Made by a program: the position numbers and the translations under genes
Assembly (NCBI GenBank): GCA_032718475.1
Contig: JAUCBJ010005266.1
Location: forward strand, 1 to 33,805
Source of the DNA: Nemertoderma westbladi
Taxonomy: Eukaryota > Animalia > Xenacoelomorpha
Length of the DNA: 33,805 nucleotides
Direction: 5' to 3'
The notes under the pieces: generated by a model
What the model saw: the letters and a program-made list of their open reading frames with translations, nothing else
Told to the model about the DNA's origin: nothing
Database searches by the model: none
Shown: piece after piece, positions 22,517 to 32,599 of the stretch
How positions within the stretch are numbered: the first letter of the stretch is position 1
How the letters are laid out: every line of letters begins with the position of its first letter

Positions 22517-25162
22517 CATGTTTTGAACTACCATCTTATATGCCGGTATTATCGACGGTTCTTCCTCGCCGTTATACCATAAGAAGCGCTGACTGTCGCT
22601 ATCTTCCTCCGTTACACGGACTTGGTTGAACATGCCTTCTATGTCGCACGTGAAGGTGTGTTTCCCATTCCTAAATCTAAGTAGGACCTCTATGCCCGAA
22701 TTGTATATGTTTGGGCCTTCTAACAGGTAGTCGTTTAAGCATTTTTCGTCGGTCTTTGCCGATGCGTCGACTACCATCCGTAGTTTACCTTTCTTTGGGT
22801 CTAAAGCTACGTGGAGTGGCAGGTAATATGTCCTGTCCGTGTTCGGCTCGTCGACCGGTAACTCCACGGCCCATCCTTTCTCGACGTACTTCTTAATCGT
22901 TCTGTGGATGTACTCATTCTTCTCGGGGCTCCGTTTTAGTGTTTGTTTCAGCTTGCGGAGTCTCGTGAGTACCATCCCTCTATTATCGGGCAGCGGTATC
23001 TTCGGTAGTTTCCATACCATTCCTATAGTATACCGCCCCTCATTGCATGTCATCGATTCCTCCACGCTTTGTAAAGCCTGCTTGTCTTCTACCGAGGTCC
23101 CGACCCCGGTCTCTTTTAGTCCCTCGAAATCTTGCCTGAGCAGTCTTTTAAGCTGCTCCTCTGCTCCCTCATCATCCATTTCCTGCATTGTTCCCGCGAA
23201 CATGCATCCTGATGTCTCCGACATCCTAAATGGTATCTTACTCTTGATTGGGCCACTCAGCGTCCACCCGAATGGTGTCAGTATCGCCACCGGGTCACAC
23301 TGCCTGTCTTCGCCGAAGACCGTTTGTATTCTTTCGTGGGCCGTCGGGCAATCCATTCCTACTATGATGGATACCTTCCTAACGTCCACGTCTGGGATTG
23401 AGAAGTCAATGTCGTCCAGGAATTTATATTGCTCGACCTCGATGTTTGTTGGCCGCCTGGCATTGATATTAATTGACTCTATCACTTGGATGGGGTCGAT
23501 GGTTGCCCCATAGTCGCATCCCGGTGCCACTGCTGCAATTGCGCACCGCCCGGTTCTCATCTCCAGGATCTCATCTTTGCTAGATATGGTTGTTACCGCC
23601 ATTCTGCTTGGCCTCGTTCTCAATCCTATCTCTTCGGCCACCCATTCCTCGACTAATGTGAAGGCAGCTCCACTATCAACCAGCATTAGTGTTATTACTG
23701 ATCGATTGCCTTCCCCAATCACTCGCACGGGTACTACTCCAAGTAACACCGTTCCTCTCTTCTTCGCCCCTACTGTGCTCGTCGCCATCGTCTGGCCTCT
23801 CCTCTGACCAAACTTTACCGGCTTCTCCTTGCACTCCCTTGCTCTATGTCCACTCATTACACATCGCGAGCAGATTTTGTTGCTCAACGCATAATCTATC
23901 TGATCTTGCCTAGGTAGCGCCTGCCAGTACCTGCAGTTCATGGTTTGATGAAGCGCATTTGCGTGTAGCTGGCATTTGCTCTTTGGGTCGTAGCCCTCTT
24001 TATACAGTGCATTGCGTATCGCAGCTGCGTTTGTACCAAAGTCCCTACTATTCTTATTGTTTTGATTCGGCCTACTGGACGTACTGGGGTTATGTTTATT
24101 CGTGTTGTTATTGTTCCCCTGTCCGTTCCATGGTGTTGTCTTATCTTCGGCTAGCTGTGGACTTGCAGTCCCCTGCGTCGCTGCATATGGCAATGATTGC
24201 CTGAGCCTCGGTAATGCGTTTGATGTATTGTGCTCTGGTTTCGGTCTATGGTAATCCGTCTTCGGTCCCTTTCCCAGGCTATCTTCGCTATAGACTGGGT
24301 CAGTTATTAGTTCAGCCTCGTAGTTTAAGAAGCTTGACATTTCTTCTAAACCCGGTTCCACACCCTTCTTGTCTCGAGTGGAGAAAGCGATCTTCCTCCA
24401 CTTGTTGCGCAGCCAGTTTGGTAGTGCCTGTGCTATCGTGGTGATGTTATTGGATGCGTTGAGCTCGTATGGCGCGTCTAGCGTCTTCAGCACGATTAGC
24501 GCCTTTTCGACCTTGTTAGTGAACGTCTTAATGCTAACGGGATTATCCTGTAGGCCACCCGATGTTATGCCTCTCAGTGTCTGTCTGATGATCTTGGCCG
24601 GGTGCCCGTATTCCCTGTCCAGTGCCCGCCATGCTGTCGTGAAGCCGCCCTCTATTCCTTGATATTGCCTCACGATATCGTATGCTGGGCCTCCCGTGTA
24701 TACTTGCAGATACTTTAGGCACTCCGCCTGCGTCAAGTTTTTTGTTAGTATTTCGTTACTATACATGCGCCGAAACTGTAGATATTCTTCCGGCCTACTC
24801 CCATCGAATTTGAATGGTTCCACGGGTGGTAACTCGATCCTCGTTTTCAACGCATCGATCAACGTGGCCATCCCCATCGCCTGCGCTTCCAATGGATTCG
24901 ATGGGTGCTGTATAGTTTCTCCTGTCTGGTGCGGTTTGTCCGTCCTATTTCTTGATTTTCTTTGACTTGGGTATGTCATCGGGGGTAGCGGCCCCCTCCA
25001 TATCTCTGTGTCACACGACCTATTTTCATCCAAGGGTCTCGTTGTTCTTGCTCCTATCGGGGTATATTGTTGATATTGTGATGGGGGAATGTCACCCTGT
25101 CCCCCCCCCCCACCGGTATGTTTGGTACTGGGGTTGATGTTAATATATTGGGGCCCATACAC
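22517..25162 (-). pseudogene. Pao gag core, zinc knuckles, aspartic protease and RT N-terminal half
   Basis: LPPVEPFKFDGS…LKYL…AWRALDREYG (gag); CQLHANALHQTMNC and CSRCVMSGHRAREC; LVDSGA (~23675); PVAILTPFGWTLSGP; YYLPLH…KLRMVVDASA…LNDYLLEGP…CDIEGMFNQV. Confidence 0.95.
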
Positions 25163-28100
25163 CTATCCGCAATAATTCCCCCCTCCCCTGGGTATATGTT
25201 ATGTCCCTGCATGCTGTAGTCATACTGCTGTACTGGTACCGGTATAGGCCTATCAGCTTCTGGCCTACTCGCCGGTATGTATTCCGCGACTTCCGGGTTT
25301 AATCCCGTTGTCCGCGCTATCCTATCGCCTACATTGCCTCTCTCAGCATGGCCTATGGTATGTGCAGTAAGGCCTACAGTATGTCCTACAGTCTGCATGT
25401 GTCGTTCGGGATCAAAGTTTATTCTTCTCGAATAGTCCTCCCCACGGCTACCGTATTCTCGATCGGTAGGTCCATTCCGTCGGAAAGTTTCTCTTCGACC
25501 TCCCTCTCTACTGTTCTCGTCTTCGTACCGGTACATCGCGTACCCCTCCATCGGCGCGTAATGTACCTCACCAGGTCGCATCTCTCCGGGGCGACGGCAA
25601 TCTCCCGGAGTCCGACCCCACTGACTCTCCGTTCTCATCTCGACTACCGACGGCTCGCTATCCGTCCTCGCTCTTCTATCATTCGCGGCGATACTTTTAC
25701 TACTGTCTACTACTCTTCTTCTCCTTTCAGTGTAGTATTCTCGCTCGTGAGATCTCTCGTCGACCTCCCGGTTAAACCCCACTGTTCTTCTTCCCTCTTC
25801 TGATCGGGCTCGACGCTTCGTCCGCCCTCTCACGACGTCAACCTGTCTCTCTCTGCTCGGTCGCACGCCGCTCTCTGCTCGGTCGCACGCCGCTGGGGAT
25901 ACTCGCAATCCCCCTATTACTCTCCGTCGCCGGGTGATGCGGTTTACCTATTTCGGCCCGCGCATTATCCGCTGACGGCTGTGGAGCACTCTCTGCCCCC
26001 CCCCCCCTTTCGCCGCTAACTCGCTGTTGTGGGGCTCTTGTAGCCCCCCCCCCCCCCCCCCACTCGCCACATCTAACTTCACTATCTCTCACCCCGCTAC
26101 CATATCCCTCTCTCGTCGACACATCAACCCTACCGCGGTCGGGTCTATTCACCCCCGCCTCTCCCTCTGCTATTGCGTGGCCTACCAGGCCCTCTACCCC
26201 CTGCCTACCAACTACGTGGCCTACCAGGCCCTCGCTGGGTCTACCCAACCCAGCCACTCCCTGCCTATCAACTACGTGGCCTACCATGCCCTCACTGGGT
26301 CTACCCAACCCAGCCGCTCCCTGCCTACCAACTACGTGGCCTACCAGGCCCTCGCTGGGTCTACCCAACCCAGCCACTCCCTGCCTATCAACTACGAGGC
26401 CTACCAGGCCCTCACTGGGTCCACCCAACCCAGCCGCTCCCTGCCTACCAACTACGTGGCCTGCCAGGCCCTCTCTGGGTTGGCTCAATCCCGCCACTTC
26501 CGGCCTACCAATTATACGGCCTACCAGGCCTTGTCTGCCTGGCCATACATGCCCGACGTGTTCACGTTAATAGCACCCATATTGGAAACGGAATTAATTT
26601 GTTCGTTTGAAACAAAATCATTTGAATTATTTTGTAAATTCGGGCTTGGATCATTACTTAAATTATTTGAATTATTATTGTTTTCTAAATTTAAATTATT
26701 ATTCGGATTATTTTGCACATTTAAATTGAAATTATTATTTGTATTTAAATTTAAATCACTGCTACTAGGTAAAGTATTATTTGCTGCAATAAAAGGATTA
26801 GGGTTATCCAATACGGTACTATTAATATTAATGACGTCTACTATAGCATTATTATTACCCCCCCCCCCCCCCCCCGCCCGTACGGTCACACCAGTCTTGG
26901 GTCTGTCGTGCGGTCCCTGTAAGTGGGGTATTAATAAATGTATCCACGGCCCCTGGCTCCTCGAAAATACTCGAGCTAGCCCCACTCTCAGACGCCCCTA
27001 TTCGCGCCAATTCCCGTTCGCGCGTGTGTATAGCTTTGTACCCTGTAAGCTCACCTTGACGTTTCTCTAGTTCCTTTTGCTCACACTCCTTCCTTGCCAT
27101 TCTCTCCGTACACTCCCGTGCGTCCCGTTCGGCCAATTCCAACTCTCTTCTAGCCCCCTCCCTTCGTCTCGCCTCACGCTCTCTGCGTTCGTTTTCCTCA
27201 CTCTCCTCGCGCTCTTTGCACTCGTTTTCCTCTTTCGCCACACGTTCCCTACGTTCCGCCTCACGCTTTTCGCGCTCATTTTTCTCTCTCGCCTCGCGCT
27301 CTTCTTGTTCCTTCCTCCCTACTTCCTCACACTCCCTAAGGCTTCTCGCGGCCCTTTCGGCCCTCTCTCCGGTTTCCTTAATCAACGCCATTTCCCTCTC
27401 TAGCAGCACTCTCCCCTCCTCTAACCGTCTACCTACTTCCCTTTGACCTTGCTCTATTAAATCGAGACGGTACGCGGCATTTATCTCTCTCACCCGTCTT
27501 TCTTTCACGGAGGATGTAGCAGACTTATCGGTTGTAACGGATTCCCTCCGCCTCCCCGTCCTACTAACCTTCCCCCGCCTCCCGGAACTTCCTCCGACCG
27601 ACGAGGCTGAATCCTCGGGGTTAACCTCGGATTCGTCCTCCTCAGGTCTCTCCCAACCCACTAGTTTTACTCCCCGGGCATCGACTAAGTACGGCCCTAC
27701 GTACACTACGCTAGGTTCTATACCCCTATACCGCCATAAGTCATACAGTTCCTCGGCAACCCCTCTCGCTCTCTCCTCGGCCAGTCCTCTTTGCCCGAAG
27801 CGCATTAGATAATAAAAGTGTCTATTCGACTCACCTAGTCTTCTCTTTAGTTTTACCTTGTCTATCGTCGCCCCTCCTCTGGCCTCCTTTAATAGTCTCC
27901 GGGTCGCGTTGTAGGCCCGTCGAAGTCGATCAGAAACCCCGACGTCCTCGTCGCCGACCTCTCGTCCGTCTCTCCGGGTCCGGCGTCGTACCTCGGCCCC
28001 ACCGTCGCCGTTTCGGTGGGCCGCTCGTCGCTCTCGGCCTGTGGCTGGCCGGCGACATCGGTACCGACATCTCCTCCGTCTCTTCGGGTCCGGCGTCGTA

Positions 28101-28401
28101 CCGTCGGCCCCACCGTCGCCGTTTCGGTGGGCCGCTCGTCGCCCTCGGCCTGTGGCTGGCCGGCGACATCGGTACGTCGACCCACGTCTCGTGTCGACTC
28201 GTCTCCGTCTCCCTCCGTCTCGCTCTCTCCTTCTCTTGGCTCGACCTCGGGTTCCAGGCGGCCCCCCTCATCCTGGACTGCCGGATGACCCGTTACCGAT
28301 GGGTCCGGCGTTGTGGGCCTGTACCGCCTGGTTGCGGCCTCGCGGATCGTTAATTCTTCGTCCGGGGTCCGCGTCGGTGTTGTCTCACCTGACCGACTCA
28401 T
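25110..28401 (-). pseudogene. Very long low-complexity N-terminal gag extension (acidic repeats, coiled coil, Asn-rich tract, 20-aa Gly-rich repeats), frameshifted
   Basis: ATG 28401. ORFs 27889, 26855, 26521, 25838 and 25054 can be chained by shifts at ~27992 (1-nt loss relative to the sister repeat), poly-C ~26870, ~26540, a 22-bp duplication at ~25849-25892, and poly-C ~25105 or ~25180. Confidence 0.7.
26175..26530. repeat. 60-bp coding tandem repeat (~5-6 units) encoding GLVGHVVGRQGAAGLGRPSE-like 20-mers
   Basis: CTACCAGGCCCTC recurs every 60 bp (26221, 26281, 26341, 26401, 26461, 26521) with alternating A/B variants. Confidence 0.92.
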
Positions 28402-28475
28402 TTCCGTTAACTCTAGATTGGTGGCTGGTAATCGCTGGGTTTAGTTGACTAGGGGAACAGCTCGGATTTAATTAC

Positions 28476-29019
28476 TGTGACGGGATCCAGGAAGGATCCC
28501 GGTTTATCCGGTTGTTTAGTTCACGCGTCCCCGCCGTGTGTGAAAGGTAAAAAGAGTTCGTGTCGTTCGTCGTATATAATAATCGGTTGTACGGGTATAT
28601 AGATATAGGTATAGATATGGATAATGTTGTCGTATACGGAAGGCGGGATACGGTAATTAAAGTCCCGGTCCTTCCCTAGCTAAACTAACTAACCTAACTA
28701 GCACCAATATGATACTGAGATAACTGAACTGAAATGATTACTGCCAAGTGGCTATATTGCACGGTTGGCCTTGTTACTCTACCTAATCGATGCCTTTCCC
28801 CCCTCTGATTGGTTGATACCCTTGTTGGCGCCCTTTGGAGTGTTCCCGTTCACTCCACCTGTTCTCTCTGGGTTAGGGGTTTGGCCCCTGACCCTCATTG
28901 TGTTTCTCCTTCCCATTTTGTTGGGGTGGCACGAGTGATTGATTACCCAATCTCGTGGCCCCCAATATTGCTTATCGGCTTAACTTTATGGGGTGTTAGC
29001 GGGATTGAATAAGCTAACA
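28476..29019 (-). repeat. Candidate 5' LTR (~544 bp) of the BEL/Pao element
   Basis: Minus strand begins TGTTAGC (29019) and ends CCGTCACA (28476). It contains CCAATCAG (~28805-28812), a TATA-like AATATAG (~28755) and Inr-like TCAGTT (~28730). No second LTR is available to confirm the inner boundary; an alternative end is 28710, followed by TGGTGC. Confidence 0.55.
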
Positions 29020-29171
29020 AAGTTTAACGACGAAAACGAAATCAAGAAAGTGGACCATGACGGCCAATGCCTATATGCTTGATACAATAAGTCGCGTCAA
29101 TGCACAGACTGTGTGGGGCCTACAATAATACTAAAGATCCGAGATCGAAAAAGGTTTGTATCAAATGTTAA

Positions 29172-29724
29172 CCCTTTGTGTACCAACACTTAAGCCTTTA
29201 AGGTGGCAGTCTGCCGCCTTTAGATAAATATATAATAACCCACAGGGCGGCAGGGTGCCGCCTTTACATATAATATCACCTGACTCCCAGGACGGCACTG
29301 TGCCGCCTTTATCTAAATACTCTTATAACTTTATTATGACTTCTGGTACGGAACAATGGAGTTCATATTTGTGTTGGGCAGGAAAAACTACACTAGAAAA
29401 GTTACTTTTATATTCTGCTTGAAGGGTTTTCAATTGATTAGGAGAACTTATAAATTTAAATTTAGCCAATAATTATGTTACAAATTATAAAGGCGGCCTT
29501 GTGCCGCCCATGGAGTTCAAAATGAATGAATTACAAATTTTGACAATAATTTAGGTGGCAGCGTGCCGCCCTATTTGGGGGTCTAGGATAATTAGTAATA
29601 ATAGTTATTCGCTTTTTATTAATCTCTGGTACGATAAGAAAAATAATCCTTGGTCCGATGAAATTTTTTTTTCTTGGTCCTTGGGAGGAAAACACAATGT
29701 AATTTATATTTGGTACGCAAAGGG
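29172..29724. mobile_element. Complete piggyBac-type MITE (553 bp) with TTAA target-site duplication
   Basis: TTAA(29168-71)|CCCTTTGTGTACCAA … TTGGTACGCAAAGGG|TTAA(29725-28), 1 mismatch in 15. Five internal palindromic GGYGGC-n-TGCCGCC motifs (~29202, 29245, 29290, 29491, 29553). Confidence 0.92.
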
Positions 29725-29824
29725 TTAAATTTAAAATAACTTGTATAGTGATACTACATAGCGTATTGTATATTACTATTTTATAGAATTTTATACAATC
29801 TTTCGTCTATGTATTCATGTCTTG

Positions 29825-29940
29825 CAGGCGCTGATCCAGAATATTTCATAGGGGGAGGGGGGGGGGGGGGGGGGGGGGTGCAAAGTATGGGATGATGGGC
29901 CCTAATGGAGGGGGGGGGGGGGGGTGTCCCGTCATTTTTT
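29825..29940 (+). mobile_element. Possible hAT-type MITE left end with poly-G tracts
   Basis: CAGGCGCTGATCCAGAATATTT…GGGGG resembles CAGG(G)CGGATCCAG-type ends. No partner end. Confidence 0.3.
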
Positions 29941-31377
29941 TGAAGTTTTATGAATTCCCACTAAGGGGACCTAAATTCACTATTATTAGGGAATAATAAT
30001 AATTGTTTATTCCAGGACACCCAAGTTTCCCTGGTGTCCCCATAACGTACATGGCCTATAGTTCTAGCACAAACAAAAAGTAGAGTAAAACAAAATAACA
30101 GTCTGTTGATCGGTCGGTCGGACAGTGAGTGAGGTGGGTGGGACGGGAATATTGGTTTTCGTTAGAAAATACAACGTCTATATATCCTGCTCCTTTCACT
30201 CAGTTGTAAGGTAAAAACATAGTTTATTGTTGTGGTTAGAAGAGTAAAAGTTTCACTCTGGGAATGTTCACATGGGCCTTCTAATAAATACATTTTTAAC
30301 ATTTTGTTGTGCAGGTAAAGTCGTCTCGATTTATTTGGGAGTTGGCAGAAAGCTTGGTCATTCCTCAGATTAGGGAGAGATCCACACGACCAGGACTAGA
30401 CCTTACAACCAAATCCCAGATGGCAATTATCTTGGGTGAAGCCGTTGGAACTCCCGCTGAATCGTCCAACAACAACCGCAACCGGAAAGTTCTTAACGCG
30501 GGTTGAGAAGCCGTTGCGTTGCTCCGGGTGCTTGCAGGCAACCACAGGTAATTCCAACAAGTAGGCCTATATTTATATTTATATTTAATATTTCAATTTT
30601 TTATTTTTTTATCCTTTTAATTACATTATTATAAATTATATTATATTCTGTCAACATGTATTTTTATATTTGGTTGTATGTTAGTTCAGGGTCGGAATAT
30701 AATTATATGTGTGTCATAAATCTATTTAGAATTCAAGCCCCTTGTGAATTTTAGTTTGTATTTGCCGTCATATTTTGCGCTATTAATTCGATTTTTGAAT
30801 GTCAAATGACACTCCTGTACCTAGAAACGATGTGTTCGAAAATTACAATGTACACATATAACATGTACAATGTTACATATAATACACATTTTTTGTTACC
30901 ATATACTGTAATGGTGTCGCTGACAACTAAAATTGTTTTAACGTTAGTGGGTGTTGAACAATTAATAATATATGTTTAAAATTACTTGTCTATCTCTCGA
31001 CGGTACTTATTTTTATGAATTAGTATAATGGTTATGTTTGTAATTTGTTATGCTAGCAGATATACTGCAGTTTGCCAAATTATTTGAGGCATTAGCTATT
31101 TCTCATTCGTACTTATTCTATATATTTGAATTTGCTCATATTATTATATCTTCGTAGTTACTTTACACTCTCGGTTTGTATGCATAATTGTTAAATATTT
31201 TGTAATTTGATAAGTTTTATATTCCTTTGATTTCAAATACAAGAGGGAGAGGGGGGGGGGGGGGGGGGGATTCCTGTCTCGGTGAATTAGCAATGTAAGG
31301 GTCAATGATTAATTTTATTGCTCATTAATTATCAAGTAGGGGAGAAGGTTATGAGATAAACAAAATGTTTTCATATT

Positions 31378-31814
31378 CCATTCATATTCTTCTACTATTT
31401 TCACTACAGAGTGCAATGCCTTCGCAAATAATCTTGCAAAAGAACATTCGCAATCAGTCAGAGAAGATGTCATTAAGACGTTTAAAACTCGCCAACGATT
31501 TAAAGCAGGAACCAATAATTAGTCTACTATGGCCGCCACACCCTGGACTACTGTATCTCAACGCCAACTGGGCTCCCACAGACTGCGCTAGCATGGTCTC
31601 CCTCCCTTACTTATCACTATGGCCAGTACTGGCTTCTATAACTTGTTCTGTGCGTCTATACAGTAGGTATTTGCATACCAGTACCTACAGTATATATTTA
31701 TTTATAATACATACAGTACACTACTACATATCTATGAATATTAAATGTTCTTTTGCAAGATTATTTGCGGAGGCATTGCACACTGTAGTGAAAATAGTAG
31801 AAGAATATGAATGG
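31378..31814. mobile_element. MITE-like element with 71-bp terminal inverted repeats (437 bp)
   Basis: 31378-31448 versus 31744-31814 are reverse complements with 2 mismatches. No TSD is evident. Explains the mirrored peptide in ORFs 31315 and 31365. Confidence 0.85.
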
Positions 31815-31834
31815 CGTTGACAGCCAATTTCTAA

Positions 31835-32090
31835 TGATGGACTATTTCCAGTACATGTTGCAATATAGCAAGTGCTGCTGGTCGAAATGGGAGAGACCGC
31901 CCACGCAGTAGTGTCTCCACTTGTACCAAAATTAAAAAATAATCTTTGACAATCTCGCGGAGATTCGTTGCTGGGTATGTTAATCCCCCTTGATTGAGTA
32001 GGTCGAAGGATGGCGGTGTAGAATCCGTGAGACCCAGGCTGCCAGACTCGTAGTCTGACAGACAAAACGGCAGGATATTACGTTTGAATT
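31835..32090 (-). pseudogene. P-element/THAP9-like transposase C-terminal fragment
   Basis: With a 1-nt shift in the C-run at ~31985-31989 the minus strand reads PSFDLLNQGGLTYPATNLREIVKDYFLILVQVE…RPAALAILQHVL, resembling the 'LSRGGLxxPSxxL' motif of P transposases. Confidence 0.5.
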
Positions 32091-32176
32091 GAACTAACAG
32101 CCTAATTGATTCTCGCCTGCCATATATTGTCTAACGGGTATGCAGAAAAAATAGTATACATTGCTTCAGTAATTAT

Positions 32177-32544
32177 TGTTATTAAGTTGCTTGAGTTACG
32201 TTAACGTTAGTTACTTGAGTTACGTATCGTTACGGTAGAGCGTTGTGTCTCAGCTTGACATACAGACATATGTAATATAAACTACAGCACTAGGCCTAAC
32301 ATGACAATGAATTAATACGATGATACGTGATACATATAAAGACAATAATTACCGGTAGCACCGAGACATAAGTAAGTAACCGGAAGTTGCCAAAATGGCT
32401 GCTTGATAATAAATACGTCATGTTAAATGTTAATACTACTTTTACTAAGTACAGTACGAGTTCAATTTATACACAAACGGATAATATATACTGTATAAAG
32501 ATTTAGACCGATAAATAAGGGGGGAAACGGGGTCTGCTGCAACA
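32177..32544 (-). repeat. Candidate 3' LTR (~370 bp) of second BEL/Pao element, preceded by PPT-like AGGGTCGGCTA (32545-32555)
   Basis: On the minus strand the integrase end is followed by …TTTAGGGTCGGCTA|TGTTGCAGCA … AATAACA (TGTT/AACA termini). The distal boundary is inferred. Confidence 0.5.
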
Positions 32545-32599
32545 TAGCCGACCCTAAAGTCCGACGACTGGGACTTTACTAAATAACAAAAACTATTCA

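Larger units (their letters stand above)
17330..29019 (-). mobile_element. BEL/Pao LTR retrotransposon, 3'-truncated (no 3' LTR), carrying an extra ORF
   Basis: Domain order gag(DUF1759-like, Zn knuckles)-PR-RT-RNaseH-IN in one polyprotein with Pao-specific motifs. Uniform GC-richer, purine-skewed composition. The outer boundary TGTTAGC at 29019 directly abuts interrupted piggyBac coding sequence. Confidence 0.9.
29020..30547 (+). pseudogene. Intron-containing piggyBac transposase, C-terminal part (exons ~29020-29153 and 30315-30547)
   Basis: Exon A: SLTTKTKSRKWTMTANAYMLDTISRVNAQTVW(fs)AYNNTKDPRSKK, donor AAG|GTTTGT at 29154. Acceptor TTTTGTTGTGCAG|30315, phase 0. Exon B: VKSSRFIWELAESLVIPQIRERS…(fs)KPLRCSGC, donor CAG|GTAATT at 30548. 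Matches piggyBac 'xRRWxxxxFxxxLDxxxxNA…F..LA..L' and the start of the Cys-rich domain. Confidence 0.75.

Noticed and set aside
26027-27070. 347-aa + strand ORF and other long + ORFs (19896, 22839, 17697, 25348)
   Set aside because: Antisense shadows of retrotransposon coding sequence and of the 60-bp repeat.
30798-30840. Right terminus of the intron-containing piggyBac (TGTCAAATGACA palindrome …GATGTG)
   Set aside because: No TTAA follows and no left end is available for comparison.
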